Shown here: positions 21,146 through 30,226 of the stretch, piece after piece
Layout: every line of letters starts with the position of its first letter
How positions within the stretch are numbered: the first letter of the stretch is position 1
NCBI GenBank assembly: GCA_021296095.1
Contig: JAGWBB010000020.1
Span: forward strand, 605 to 64,604
Source of the DNA: Desulfurellaceae bacterium
GTDB taxonomy: Bacteria; Desulfobacterota; Binatia; Bin18
Direction of reading: 5' to 3'
Length of the DNA: 64,000 nt
Notes under the pieces: model-generated
What the model saw: the letters and a program-made list of their open reading frames with translations, nothing else
What the model was told of the DNA's origin: nothing
The model's database searches: none
Program-made: the position numbers and the translations under genes

Positions 21146-21949
21146 CTACCTCTCGCTTCCGGACGGCGCGGCCCGCCCCTCGCCCTCGACACCGGTGCGG
21201 TCCGCCAAGCCTTCGCTTCCGGGCGGTGCCGACTGCCCTCCTTCGGCATCCCGGCCCTGGGCAAAATAGAGGAACAGGCGGGCCAGTTGGCCGACCTCGT
21301 CGTTTCGTCCCAGCAGCTCGTCGTCCGCCGCTCCCACGCCATCCCGGCCACGCGCCAGCTCCACCGCATAAGCCAGCAGGTCGCCCAGCGGCTTGGCCGC
21401 CAGGTTGACGAACCAGATGGCAGAAAAGACGCCAACAACCAGGATGATCGAGATCAGATACACCTGGCGCCCGATCGCTCTTTGAATTTTCAGTGCAATC
21501 AGACCCGTGTCCATGCCGACATGAACGGTGCCCGCAACGCCGGCCAGAATCGGGCTGCCGACTTCCACGAAATCTCCCATGCCGGGCAGATTGCGTTCCA
21601 CGGTCTCGGTACGCGTCGCGTCTCCGAGCCGAATCTCTTCGGGAATGCCGGGAACAAACGTGTGGGCCAGCAACTCGCCTGTTTCGTCCGTGATGTAGAT
21701 ATAGCGGATGCTCTGAATTTCGACGAACTGGTCGATGAGCGATTGCAGGGCCGCCAGATCCCGATTCAAGAGAATGTCCACGCTCGAATCGGCGATGGTC
21801 TTGGCAATGTTCTTGCTGTTGCTCTCGTACTCCTCCGACAAATGTGTATCGACCGTGTAGACACACAGAATGGAGGTTGACAGGCTGATCGCCCCAAACA
21901 GAAAAAACACGCCGAACAGCGTTTTCTGAAAAAGTTTGTGGACCTTCAT
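21146..21949 (-). CDS. Membrane sensor-like protein: TM, single Cache-like periplasmic domain, TM, HAMP, no output domain
   Basis: 267 aa. The TM1 helix is FGVFFLFGAISLSTSILCVYTV. The periplasmic region carries the Cache-like motif YIYITDETGELLAHTFVPG. TM2 is followed by a HAMP domain (AKPLGDLLAYAVELARGRDGV...DEVGQLARLF) and then about 35 low-complexity residues to the stop. The start codon is 1 nt after the upstream binding-protein stop. Confidence 0.7.
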   Translation of the reverse strand: MKVHKLFQKTLFGVFFLFGAISLSTSILCVYTVDTHLSEEYESNSKNIAKTIADSSVDILLNRDLAALQSLIDQFVEIQSIRYIYITDETGELLAHTFVPGIPEEIRLGDATRTETVERNLPGMGDFVEVGSPILAGVAGTVHVGMDTGLIALKIQRAIGRQVYLISIILVVGVFSAIWFVNLAAKPLGDLLAYAVELARGRDGVGAADDELLGRNDEVGQLARLFLYFAQGRDAEGGQSAPPGSEGLADRTGVEGEGRAAPSGSER

Positions 21950-21950
21950 G

Positions 21951-23258
21951 TTATGAAAATCTGGCTTCCCAATTATCCAGCGTCACAAACCGGCCCTCAG
22001 CGACAACGGTATAGTAGACTTGCTGGAGACCTTGACGACGCTCGGGACCGAAGGAAACCGGCTCACCAATGCCGAGATCGAAATCCCGGACGCTGAACAC
22101 CGCCTTCTCGAGACGGCCGCGTGCCGGGTCGTCGCCAAGCCGGCGCAGCACTTCTACCATCAGCTTGGCGTTGAGGAACCCCTCGAGGCTGACGAAGCTG
22201 TGGGCAAAGGGCGTGTAGGCTTCCTTCAATAGTGCCGTGGGGGGCTGCGGATCGTAGCGTTGCATCAATGCACGATATTCTCTGACGGCCGGTATGGCGG
22301 TTTCTTCATAACTCGGCACCACCTGAGAATTGACCAGCAGTCGCGTATACGGATCGCTGTCGCCACCCATCTCGGTCAGGAGTTTCAACAGGTTTTCGCT
22401 ACCGACAAAGGACAGGTTGGCAATCGGCACCCGCAGCCCGAGGTCTACCGCATCACGCACGAAGGCCGCGCAGGCCGCATACGAGCCGATACAGATCACC
22501 GCCTGGGGCTCGGACGCCTTCAATATTTCGACCTGCTTGCGCATGCTGGCGGTGAACTTTTCGCCCCGGCGGTAGGTCGCCTCGCCGACAATCCGTTCCC
22601 CGTACTGCTGGAGGGCACGTCTGACCCCAGCCCAGCCGCTCCGTCCATAGGCGTCGGCCTGGTAGAACACGGCAAGGCGTCTGCGCTTGATGCGCACGAA
22701 ATTGTCGACCAGACCGGCGGTTTCCTGGCGATAGGAGGCGCGCAGATTAAAGGCGAAGTCGCCATACGGCGGCTCCCGCTGCGGCTGCGCTCCGGTAAAG
22801 GGGAAGAACAAAAAGATATTCCGGTCCTGGAACTTCTTGAGCATGGGCAGGACACGGGTCACCGTTGGCGTGCCAACGTAACCGAACAGCAGAAACACCT
22901 GGTCTTGTAGCATCAGCTGCATGGTGTTCCTGACCGACGGGTCGGGTTGGTAGCCGTCGTCATACGTTTTGAGCGTCACCTTGCGGCCGGCCACGCCCCC
23001 GTGCCGGTTGACATGCGTGAAGTAGGCGCTGGCCCCTCGCCACAGCTCGATGCCCAGCCCCCGGGAGGGACCGGAGAATGCCGCCGACACCCCGAGAATG
23101 ATCTCGGTGTCGGTCAGACCGGACGCCGTCCGTTGATCCGACGGGTTTGCCTGCGGCGCAGACTGGTCGGCAATTGCCTCCAGGGGTTTCAACCACGGCA
23201 TGACCAGACAGCAGCGCAAACCGGAACGGAGTAACGCTCTCCGTGTCAGTGCGCTCAT
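21951..23258 (-). CDS. Periplasmic binding protein, type-1 fold (Leu/Ile/Val-binding / ANF-receptor family), Tat signal
   Basis: Start at the ATG at 23258-23256, preceded by GAGAGGTGGGG. The N-terminus MSALTRRALLRSGL is RR-containing. The roughly 400 aa mature region has periplasmic-binding-protein type-1 composition. It is tightly coupled to the Cache-HAMP gene. Confidence 0.75.
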   Translation of the reverse strand: MSALTRRALLRSGLRCCLVMPWLKPLEAIADQSAPQANPSDQRTASGLTDTEIILGVSAAFSGPSRGLGIELWRGASAYFTHVNRHGGVAGRKVTLKTYDDGYQPDPSVRNTMQLMLQDQVFLLFGYVGTPTVTRVLPMLKKFQDRNIFLFFPFTGAQPQREPPYGDFAFNLRASYRQETAGLVDNFVRIKRRRLAVFYQADAYGRSGWAGVRRALQQYGERIVGEATYRRGEKFTASMRKQVEILKASEPQAVICIGSYAACAAFVRDAVDLGLRVPIANLSFVGSENLLKLLTEMGGDSDPYTRLLVNSQVVPSYEETAIPAVREYRALMQRYDPQPPTALLKEAYTPFAHSFVSLEGFLNAKLMVEVLRRLGDDPARGRLEKAVFSVRDFDLGIGEPVSFGPERRQGLQQVYYTVVAEGRFVTLDNWEARFS

Positions 23259-23565
23259 ATCCCCACCTCTCGCTTCGACGGCAGACAGCCCGATTTTTCC
23301 TCTACAGCGTGCAGGCAAAGGCGGGGCAGCATGCCGGACGAATCTCCCTCTCTCCAGCCGCGTTTGGGCTATACCGCCTGTATCAAGGCCGCGTGACCCA
23401 CTCGGAGAAGAGTGCTCTGGACGAGCCCGTGAGCGAGTGTCGTTCCATTGGCGCGACGCGGCTCAAGACAGTCCCGACGGTTCGAGCGACACGACCGGGA
23501 AGCGAGGCAGTCTCCGCCCGGAGCCGATGACGCGCGACTGTTCAGCCCGTCGGCTCCCCAGCGCC

Positions 23566-23667
23566 CTAGTCTGGATTTCCGGTCAGAAACACCGCAGCGG
23601 CCGATATCGCAGTCAGCACCACCGCAGCCCCGGCAACGATCTGCATAAAGATGGCGAGGGGATCCAT
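23566..23667 (-). CDS. Small hydrophobic peptide ORF (33 aa), possible membrane peptide or leader
   Basis: Found by hand and not in the track. The revcomp reads AAGGAGAAAAGCC ATG GAT CCC CTC GCC ATC TTT ATG CAG ATC GTT GCC ... TAG, giving MDPLAIFMQIVAGAAVVLTAISAAAVFLTGNPD. It has a perfect SD with 7 nt spacing and a single TM-length hydrophobic stretch. Confidence 0.35.
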   Translation of the reverse strand: MDPLAIFMQIVAGAAVVLTAISAAAVFLTGNPD

Positions 23668-23725
23668 GGCTTTTCTCCTTGGCTGAGGCTGGAACTCCAG
23701 CGGGTGTTGATACACGGCGTAGGCG

Positions 23726-23799
23726 TAGCGACGGGCAGAATCGAACTGCCGACCTAGGGATTATGAGACCCTCGCTCTAGCCTACTGAGCTACGTCGCC
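23726..23799 (-). tRNA. tRNA-Met (anticodon CAT, elongator-type loop CUCAUAA)
   Basis: Revcomp reads GGCGACG-TA-GCTC-AGTAGGCTA-GAGC-G-AGGGT-CTCATAA-TCCCT-AGGTC-GGCAG-TTCGATT-CTGCC-CGTCGCT-A. It has a 7 bp acceptor stem with a G1·U72 wobble. The T-loop is TTCGATT and the anticodon is CAT. There is one U-U mismatch at positions 31-39. CCA is not encoded. Confidence 0.7.
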
Positions 23800-23863
23800 A
23801 CGGCGTCCCTAGCGGGACAACTCGGGATATTAGCCGACAAGACCCCGGCTCGGCAAGCCCGTC

Positions 23864-24595
23864 CTATCCGCCCCTCGACCACTGCCGGCCGACGTCAACG
23901 ACTCGCACCTGCCGGCTGCCCTTTGCCACCTGGTACACGGTCTTGGCGGTCCATTCGAGGCACGACAAACGCCCCCCATACACCAGACCCGTATCGATTC
24001 CGACCTTGTAGGGCAGGTGGAACCGCAGCTCAGGCTGGGGCGTATGCCCGTAAACGACCGTATACGGGAGGGAATGGGGCGTATCGATGAACTCGTGGCG
24101 AATCCACAGCAGGTGTTCGACCCCTTGGTCTGCGAGCGGACGTTGGGGATCAATACCGGCGTGGACGCACAAAATATCTTGACCGAGATCGTGGTCGGGC
24201 TCCCGACCGGAAAAGGACAGGCCTAAGCCACGCAGAAAGGCGATATGCGTCTCGGGGATACGCGCGGGCAGAGCGTCGACATCGGGCCAGCAGCCGTAGC
24301 TGTCCAGAGTTTGAATCCCGCCATTCATCAGAAACGCCTCGCCGTAGCCTCCCCCGTAGCCGAGAAAGTCGAGGAACATATCCTCATGGTTGCCCCTGAG
24401 GAAGGTCAGCCCACACTCCTGATCGGCCCGCAGAGCCAGCAGCAGGTCAATCACCTCACGCGCTCCGGGGCCACGGTCGATATAGTCGCCCAAAAAGACG
24501 AGATGATCTTTGGCCTCGAGGCCTAAGGCGCTCAGCAGAGCCTCCAGCTCGGCCGGGCAGGCGTGGATGTCGCCGACGATGAACAAACGCGCCAT
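23864..24595 (-). CDS. Metallophosphoesterase (Ser/Thr phosphatase / ApaH-like)
   Basis: MARLFIVGDIHACPAELEAL...LVFLGDYIDRGPGAREV...LRGNHEDMF...GHTP. All the calcineurin-like phosphoesterase motifs are present: GDxHG, GDxxDRG, GNHE and GH. Confidence 0.85.
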   Translation of the reverse strand: MARLFIVGDIHACPAELEALLSALGLEAKDHLVFLGDYIDRGPGAREVIDLLLALRADQECGLTFLRGNHEDMFLDFLGYGGGYGEAFLMNGGIQTLDSYGCWPDVDALPARIPETHIAFLRGLGLSFSGREPDHDLGQDILCVHAGIDPQRPLADQGVEHLLWIRHEFIDTPHSLPYTVVYGHTPQPELRFHLPYKVGIDTGLVYGGRLSCLEWTAKTVYQVAKGSRQVRVVDVGRQWSRGG

Positions 24596-24616
24596 GTCTC
24601 TCAGCCTGCGCTCGGG

Positions 24617-25390
24617 CTAACGGCCGGAGTAGCGGGGCTCCCGTTTCTCCAAAAAGGCGCTCAGCCCTTCCCGAAAGTCGGATGTACGGACCATCTTGCG
24701 CTGCTCGGCCATCTCGTAGCTCAACACCTCATCCAGACTGCTCTCCAAAGCGTGGTGGAGTGAGGCCTTGATTGCGGCCAGAGCCAGCGGAGCTTGTCGG
24801 GCCATCTTTTCGGCGTACTCGGCGCTGCACGCGTGGAAGGCGTCGTGGGGGACGACCCGATTCACCAGGCCCATGCGCTCGGCCTGTTCGGCATCGACCG
24901 CCTCCCCGGTCAGCGCCACCTCCACGCCCTTCAGGCCCGCCAGGCGGGGCAGCAGATAGCTGGCCCCACCGTCGATGGTCAGGGCACGTTGGACGAAGAT
25001 GAGGGAAAAGCGCGCCTTCGAGGAAGCGAGGCGCACGTCGCAGGCCAGGGCCAGGGAGCAGCCAAACCCGGCCGCTACCCCGTCAACGGCCGCAATGACC
25101 GGCTTGGGCAGGTTCCAAATCGCACGGATCACGCCGTTAAAGCCGTCTTCCATCACGTCACCCGGCGGCCTGCCCTCAGACCGTCCGGCCCACAGATCGG
25201 CGCCCGAACAGAAGGCTCCACCCGCTCCGGTCAGCACCAGGACCCGACTGTCAGGATCGCGAGCCGCCTCGCCAAGGGCATCCTTGAGACTGAAAATCGT
25301 CTCGCTATCCAGGGCGTTGCGCCGTTCAGGTCGGTTTATCGTGATCCACCGGACTCGGTTCCTCGTCTCGCTCAGCACCAGCTTCGACAT
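24617..25390 (-). CDS. Enoyl-CoA hydratase/isomerase family protein
   Basis: Crotonase fold: ...RVLVLTGAGGAFCSGADL...PVIAAVDGVAAGFGCSLALACDVRLAS. 257 aa. Confidence 0.85.
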   Translation of the reverse strand: MSKLVLSETRNRVRWITINRPERRNALDSETIFSLKDALGEAARDPDSRVLVLTGAGGAFCSGADLWAGRSEGRPPGDVMEDGFNGVIRAIWNLPKPVIAAVDGVAAGFGCSLALACDVRLASSKARFSLIFVQRALTIDGGASYLLPRLAGLKGVEVALTGEAVDAEQAERMGLVNRVVPHDAFHACSAEYAEKMARQAPLALAAIKASLHHALESSLDEVLSYEMAEQRKMVRTSDFREGLSAFLEKREPRYSGR

Positions 25391-25478
25391 GATGGCCTTC
25401 CTTCCTCACCGCGCGCAAGGAGTCTCCCCAGACTTGACGCTTTCCCTCTCGGGCTGCTAGGGCTGGGGGGAGTGCCCC

Positions 25479-25886
25479 ATGACCATAACCCAATCGCTCG
25501 CCCGAAACTACCTCTTCATCGCCGGCCTGGTCCTGATCGTGCTGGGGGTGGGGAATGCGGTCGCCGCCCTGACAAAGGTGCACGAGTACCGGGCGGTCCT
25601 GACAGCCACGACTCCCCAGGTCGAAGCCGCAACGGCGCTGGTCTTCCGTGGCGCCCAGCGCTACGTCCCCAGCGAAGCCCGTGAGCGCTGGGAGATCGCC
25701 CAGGCCAAGCTCGACTTCTATCATGTCGTGCTGACGAGTGGCCGGCTGATGTTCGGTCTGGGCATCGCGTGTACGGCGCTGGGTCTGATTCGTTTCCGCC
25801 GCCGACTGTCCGGGGCAGACCCGCATCAGGCCCAAGAGACGGCCGCCAGCGTCCTTTCAAGCAGGCGGACAGGTGATATCACATAA
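25479..25886 (+). CDS. Hypothetical small membrane protein (2 TM)
   Basis: 135 aa ORF with two hydrophobic helices (LFIAGLVLIVLGVGNAVAAL and LMFGLGIACTALGLI). No overlapping better ORF. Function unknown. Confidence 0.45.
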   Translation: MTITQSLARNYLFIAGLVLIVLGVGNAVAALTKVHEYRAVLTATTPQVEAATALVFRGAQRYVPSEARERWEIAQAKLDFYHVVLTSGRLMFGLGIACTALGLIRFRRRLSGADPHQAQETAASVLSSRRTGDIT

Positions 25887-25970
25887 AAGTGAGAAAATCG
25901 CCACGCAGCGGTTGACATTCCGGCCCGTCTTGACTACCTTCGCAGTGCTTTAGTTGAGGGGAGTTGCACA

Positions 25971-27149
25971 GTGCACGAGCCCGTTTCCGAGCATGTTTCT
26001 CCGAGCTTTGATCAGCTCCTGCAGAACGCAGCGGATGGCCGACAGCTGTCGGCGGCCGAGGGCTATCGCCTGCTCCACTGTACGGACGAGGAGTTCCCGG
26101 CTCTGCTGGCGACCGCCGGCGACCTGCGCGACCGCCACAAGGGTCGGACGGTCACCTACTCACGCAAGCTCTTTCTGCCGGTCACCAACCTGTGTCGAGA
26201 TCGCTGCTCGTACTGCACCTTTCGCAAGGACCCGCGCGATCCGGCAGCCTGGACCATGACCCGCGCCGACCTGCGTGAATGGCTGGCCCGGGGCCAAGTC
26301 CAGGGCTGCAAAGAAGCCCTGATGTGTCTGGGCGACAAACCCGAACTGGTCTCTCGGGCCTACCGCACCACCCTGGCCGACCTCGGCCACCGGACCACGA
26401 CCGAATACGTCTACGAGGCGTGCCAGATTGCGCTGTCGTACGGTATTCTGCCCCACACCAACGCGGGTATTCTGAGCGCCGACGAGATGCGCCAGCTCAA
26501 AGACGTGAACGTCAGCCTGGGCTTGATGCTGGAGAATATCAGCCCCCGGCTGCGCGAGCGTGGCATGGCCCATTTTTCGGCGCCGGACAAAGAGCCGGCG
26601 GTGCGGGTCAAGATGATCCGCGAAGCCGGCCAGCTGGAGATTCCCTTCACGACCGGGATTCTGATCGGCATCGGAGAGACGCGCGAGGAAGTGGTCGATA
26701 GTCTGCTCGCCATCCGCGACCTGCACGACGAGCACGAGCATATCCAAGAGGTCATCATCCAGAACTTCCGGGCCAAACCCGACACCCGCATGGCCGGCGC
26801 GCCCGAGCCGGACAGCCCCGAGGTAGCCAAAACCGTAGCCGTGGCCCGGCTACTGCTCGGCGGCCAGATGAATGTCCAAGCGCCGCCCAATCTCAACCCG
26901 GCCGATCATCGTCTCCTGCTGCGGGCCGGCATTAACGACTGGGGAGGCATCTCTCCGGTCACCAAAGACTATGTCAACCCTGAAGCCGCCTGGCCGCATC
27001 TGGACAGCCTGGCCCAGACCTGTCGAGAGGAGGGCTTCAGGCTGCGTGAACGGCTGGCCATTTACCCCGAGTATATTGATCGACCCGGCTGGCTGCTGCC
27101 GGCCCTGCGTCCGCGAACCGAGGAGTTGCAGGCCCAGGTCAGCGCCTGA
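25971..27149 (+). CDS. cofG: FO synthase subunit 1 (7,8-didemethyl-8-hydroxy-5-deazariboflavin synthase CofG), radical SAM
   Basis: GTG start at 25971, preceded by GAGGGGAG. The radical-SAM cluster motif CRDRCSYCTF is present. 392 aa. It is followed by cofH, cofD and cofE. Confidence 0.85.
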   Translation: MHEPVSEHVSPSFDQLLQNAADGRQLSAAEGYRLLHCTDEEFPALLATAGDLRDRHKGRTVTYSRKLFLPVTNLCRDRCSYCTFRKDPRDPAAWTMTRADLREWLARGQVQGCKEALMCLGDKPELVSRAYRTTLADLGHRTTTEYVYEACQIALSYGILPHTNAGILSADEMRQLKDVNVSLGLMLENISPRLRERGMAHFSAPDKEPAVRVKMIREAGQLEIPFTTGILIGIGETREEVVDSLLAIRDLHDEHEHIQEVIIQNFRAKPDTRMAGAPEPDSPEVAKTVAVARLLLGGQMNVQAPPNLNPADHRLLLRAGINDWGGISPVTKDYVNPEAAWPHLDSLAQTCREEGFRLRERLAIYPEYIDRPGWLLPALRPRTEELQAQVSA

Positions 27150-27198
27150 ACCGGCCCCGGCCAACCGCATGTTTTCGGTCTGAAGAAGGAGGCCCACT

Positions 27199-28485
27199 GT
27201 GGCAACCAACGGTCTTGCGAGTGTTCTCGAACATATTGATCCCCAGGTCAGCACGATTCTGCACCGGGCCCTGGACGGGGAAGAGGTGTCCTGGCAGGAA
27301 GGGCTGCGCCTGTGTGAGACAAACGGGCTGGATTTCCAGGTCACGTGCCTGGTTGCGGACGAGATGCGCCGGCGTCAGGTCGGCGAGGTGGTGACGTATG
27401 TGGTCAACCGCAACATCAACTTCACCAACGTGTGCATCAAACACTGCACCTTCTGCGCCTTCAGCCGCGAGTACCGTGAAGAGGAAGGCTATTTTCTGCC
27501 CGAGCAGGAAATCATCCGGCGCGCCCGGGAGGCCGTTGATGTGGGCGCCACCGAGGTGTGCATGCAGGCCGGTCTGCCGCCCAAGATGAACGGCAATCTG
27601 TATGTCGATCTGACCCGGGCGGTCAAGAAGGCGCTCCCCGACCTGCATATCCACGCCTTCTCACCCGAAGAGGTCTTGTACGGCGCAACGCGGGCGGCGG
27701 TCTCGATTCCCGACTATCTAGCCGCCCTTAAGGACGCCGGCCTCGATACCCTGCCCGGCACCTCGGCCGAGATTCTTGACCAGGACATCCGTGACCGCAT
27801 CGCCCCGGGCCGCATCACCACCGACCAGTGGATTGAGGTCATCACCTCCGCCCACGGCCTGGGCATTCCGACCACCTCGACAATTATGTACGGCCATATC
27901 GAGACCCCCCAGCACTGGGTCAAGCATATGAACCTGCTGCGCGACATCCAGAAGGACACCGGCGGCTTTACCGAGTTCGTTCCCCTGTCCCTGATTCACC
28001 AGGAAGCGCCGATGTACCAGCGCAAACTGGTTGACAATGTGCGGCAGGGCGCGACCGGCACGGAAGTCGTCAAGATGCACGCGGTCGCCCGTCTGATGCT
28101 CGGCCCGACCTTCCGCAATATTCAATCGTCGTGGGTCAAAGAGGGCCCGAAGATGGCCCAGCATCTGCTGAACGTCGGGGCCAACGACCTGGGCGGCACC
28201 CTGATCAACGAGAGTATCTCCACCTCGGCCGGCGCCCAGTACGGACAGCTCGTCCCGCCCAAAGAACTCCGACGGCTGATCCGCGATGTAGGTCGCACCC
28301 CGGCCGAGCGTGGGACGACCTACAAGCTGCGGACGGTCTTCAGCGGTCAGGACGAGGAGCTGAGCCCGCTTGATCTGGTCGAAAACCCGGACGAGCAGTT
28401 CGGTTCCTACCGCAGGCTGACCGCCTCGGATCAGTTCCGCTACGTGCATCCGTTCGAACGCGAGAAGCGGGCCGCTTCTCACTGA
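27199..28485 (+). CDS. cofH: FO synthase subunit 2 (CofH), radical SAM
   Basis: GTG start at 27199 with an AAGGAGG SD. CxxxCxxC motif CIKHCTFC. 428 aa, CofH-like in length and composition. Confidence 0.85.
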   Translation: MATNGLASVLEHIDPQVSTILHRALDGEEVSWQEGLRLCETNGLDFQVTCLVADEMRRRQVGEVVTYVVNRNINFTNVCIKHCTFCAFSREYREEEGYFLPEQEIIRRAREAVDVGATEVCMQAGLPPKMNGNLYVDLTRAVKKALPDLHIHAFSPEEVLYGATRAAVSIPDYLAALKDAGLDTLPGTSAEILDQDIRDRIAPGRITTDQWIEVITSAHGLGIPTTSTIMYGHIETPQHWVKHMNLLRDIQKDTGGFTEFVPLSLIHQEAPMYQRKLVDNVRQGATGTEVVKMHAVARLMLGPTFRNIQSSWVKEGPKMAQHLLNVGANDLGGTLINESISTSAGAQYGQLVPPKELRRLIRDVGRTPAERGTTYKLRTVFSGQDEELSPLDLVENPDEQFGSYRRLTASDQFRYVHPFEREKRAASH

Positions 28486-28499
28486 CACCAGCGGGCGGC

Positions 28500-29474
28500 A
28501 TGCCCTTTTCCCAGTTCAGCATGCCACGCACTGAGGACCTCAGGATTACCGCTCTGGCCGGCGGGGTGGGAGCGGCCCGCTTTTTGCGCGGGCTGGTGCG
28601 CGTTATCAATCCGGCCAATCTGTGTGTGGTGGTCAACACCGGCGACGACGACGAATTTTTCGGTCTGTGCGTATCCCCGGATCTCGATACCGTCACCTAC
28701 ACGCTCGCCGATGCCGTCGATCACACCAAAGGCTGGGGGCTGCCGGACGAAAGCTTCCGCAGTCTCAAAGCACTGCAACGCTACTACCCCGAGACCTGGT
28801 TCGGTCTGGGCGACACCGACCTGGCGACCCACCTGTTCCGCACCCAGCAGCTGCGACAGGGCAAAAGCCTGACCGCAGTCACCGCCGCCATCACCCGCGC
28901 CTGGGGGGTACGGGCCACGGTGCTGCCAATGAGTAACGAACCGGTCCGGACGGTGGTCCACACCGAGGCGGGCGCCCTGCCCTTTCAGGAATATTTTGTC
29001 AAAGGCCGGGGCGAGGGGCGGGTCGGGCGGGTCGAGTTGCGCGGGCTGGACGGCGCTTGCCCGGCGCCGGGCGTGTGTGAGGCCATCCGATCTGCACATA
29101 TGGTGATTCTCCCGCCCAGCAACCCGCTCGTCAGCATCGGGCCGATTGTGGCCCTGCCGGGCGTTCGGGACGCCCTGTGTCAGACCCCCGCGCCGGTGGT
29201 CGGCATCAGTCCGCTGGTGGCCGGCAAACCGATCAAAGGCCCGGCCGACCGCATGCTCAGCGGCCTGGGTATCGAAGCCTCGGCGGCCGGGGTGGCCGGC
29301 CTGTACGCCGACTTTCTTGACGCCTTTGTCATTGATAGCCAAGACGCGGCTCTGCGGACCAAGCTCGAAGCCCAGGGGCTGACGGTTCGGGTGACCGATA
29401 CGATCATGAGTGATATGGAGAAGTCGGTCGCCCTGGCCCGGACGGTTGTTGAGCTCGTCACACAAGAAACCTAG
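28500..29474 (+). CDS. cofD: 2-phospho-L-lactate transferase (CofD)
   Basis: 324 aa, CofD/UPF0052 family. The N-terminal segment RITALAGGVGAARFLRGL is the family's dinucleotide-binding-like fold. It lies between cofH and cofE. The start could instead be the ATG at 28521. Confidence 0.8.
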   Translation: MPFSQFSMPRTEDLRITALAGGVGAARFLRGLVRVINPANLCVVVNTGDDDEFFGLCVSPDLDTVTYTLADAVDHTKGWGLPDESFRSLKALQRYYPETWFGLGDTDLATHLFRTQQLRQGKSLTAVTAAITRAWGVRATVLPMSNEPVRTVVHTEAGALPFQEYFVKGRGEGRVGRVELRGLDGACPAPGVCEAIRSAHMVILPPSNPLVSIGPIVALPGVRDALCQTPAPVVGISPLVAGKPIKGPADRMLSGLGIEASAAGVAGLYADFLDAFVIDSQDAALRTKLEAQGLTVRVTDTIMSDMEKSVALARTVVELVTQET

Positions 29475-29515
29475 AGGAACAGGTCTTGCCAGACTGTCGA
29501 TCTGAAGGATTTTCC

Positions 29516-30226
29516 ATGAGCACGATTGCACTCATCCCCATCCCCGACATTCCCCAGATTCAACCCGGTGACGACCTGGTTTCGATCCTTCTCGACGCCA
29601 TTGACCGGTCCAAGGTCGGCCTCAAAGACGGCGATATCCTGGTCATGTGCCAAAAGATCGTCTCCAAGGCCGAGGGCGCGGTAGTCGATCTCAAGACCGT
29701 CGAGCCGTCGGATTTCGCCCACCAGATTGCCGACCAGTGGGAAAAAGATCCCCGCATCGTCGAGGTCGTGCTGCGCGAGAGCAATCGGATCGTCATGATG
29801 AAAAACGGGGTGGTGATCACCGAGACCAAGCGGGGCTGGGTGTGTGCCAACTCGGGGGTCGATGCGTCGAATACCCTGGCCGACGATATCGTCATCGTCC
29901 TGCCCGAAGACCCCGACAAGTCGGCCAAAGACATGCGAATTGCCATTCAGGAGCGGCGCAACATCTCAATCGGCATCGTCATCACCGACACCTTCGGTCG
30001 GCCGTGGCGCGACGGTCTGGTCGAGTTTGCGCTGGGCGTCTCGGGCTTTGAGGGCCTACTCGACCTGCGTGGCGGTGAAGACCTGCAGGGCCGCGAGCTG
30101 AGCCACACCGTCATCTCGGTGGCCGACGAACTCGCCTGTGCGGCCGGCCTGCTGATGGAGAAGAGCGCGGCCGTATTGTGCGCGGCTACAAATACATTCC
30201 GGCCGAGGGCAACGGACAGGTCCTGA
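29516..30226 (+). CDS. cofE: Coenzyme F420:L-glutamate ligase (CofE), apparently C-terminally truncated by a -1 frameshift
   Basis: Start at the ATG at 29516 (MSTIALIPIPDIPQIQPGDDLVSILL...) after AAGGA. The annotated frame ends ...AAGLLMEKSAAVLCAATNTFRPRATDRS* at 30226. The -1 frame from about 30163 reads ERGRIVRGYKYIPAEGNGQVLIRPAEADLFR* to the TAA at 30256-30258. That reading restores the conserved CofE C-terminal ...VRG... segment and a length of about 247 aa. Confidence 0.7.
   Translation: MSTIALIPIPDIPQIQPGDDLVSILLDAIDRSKVGLKDGDILVMCQKIVSKAEGAVVDLKTVEPSDFAHQIADQWEKDPRIVEVVLRESNRIVMMKNGVVITETKRGWVCANSGVDASNTLADDIVIVLPEDPDKSAKDMRIAIQERRNISIGIVITDTFGRPWRDGLVEFALGVSGFEGLLDLRGGEDLQGRELSHTVISVADELACAAGLLMEKSAAVLCAATNTFRPRATDRS

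Noticed and set aside
21066-21866. N-terminal 267 codons of the 702 aa ORF 19758..21866
   Set aside because: Arg-rich, overlaps the real Cache-HAMP gene in another frame, and the MFS transporter has its own SD+ATG at 21065.
23319-23860. Mobile element or integrase next to tRNA-Met, and ORF 23200..23757 +
   Set aside because: No integrase or transposase-like reading frame and no direct repeat of the tRNA 3' end. The plus ORF is antisense to the tRNA and to the small peptide ORF.
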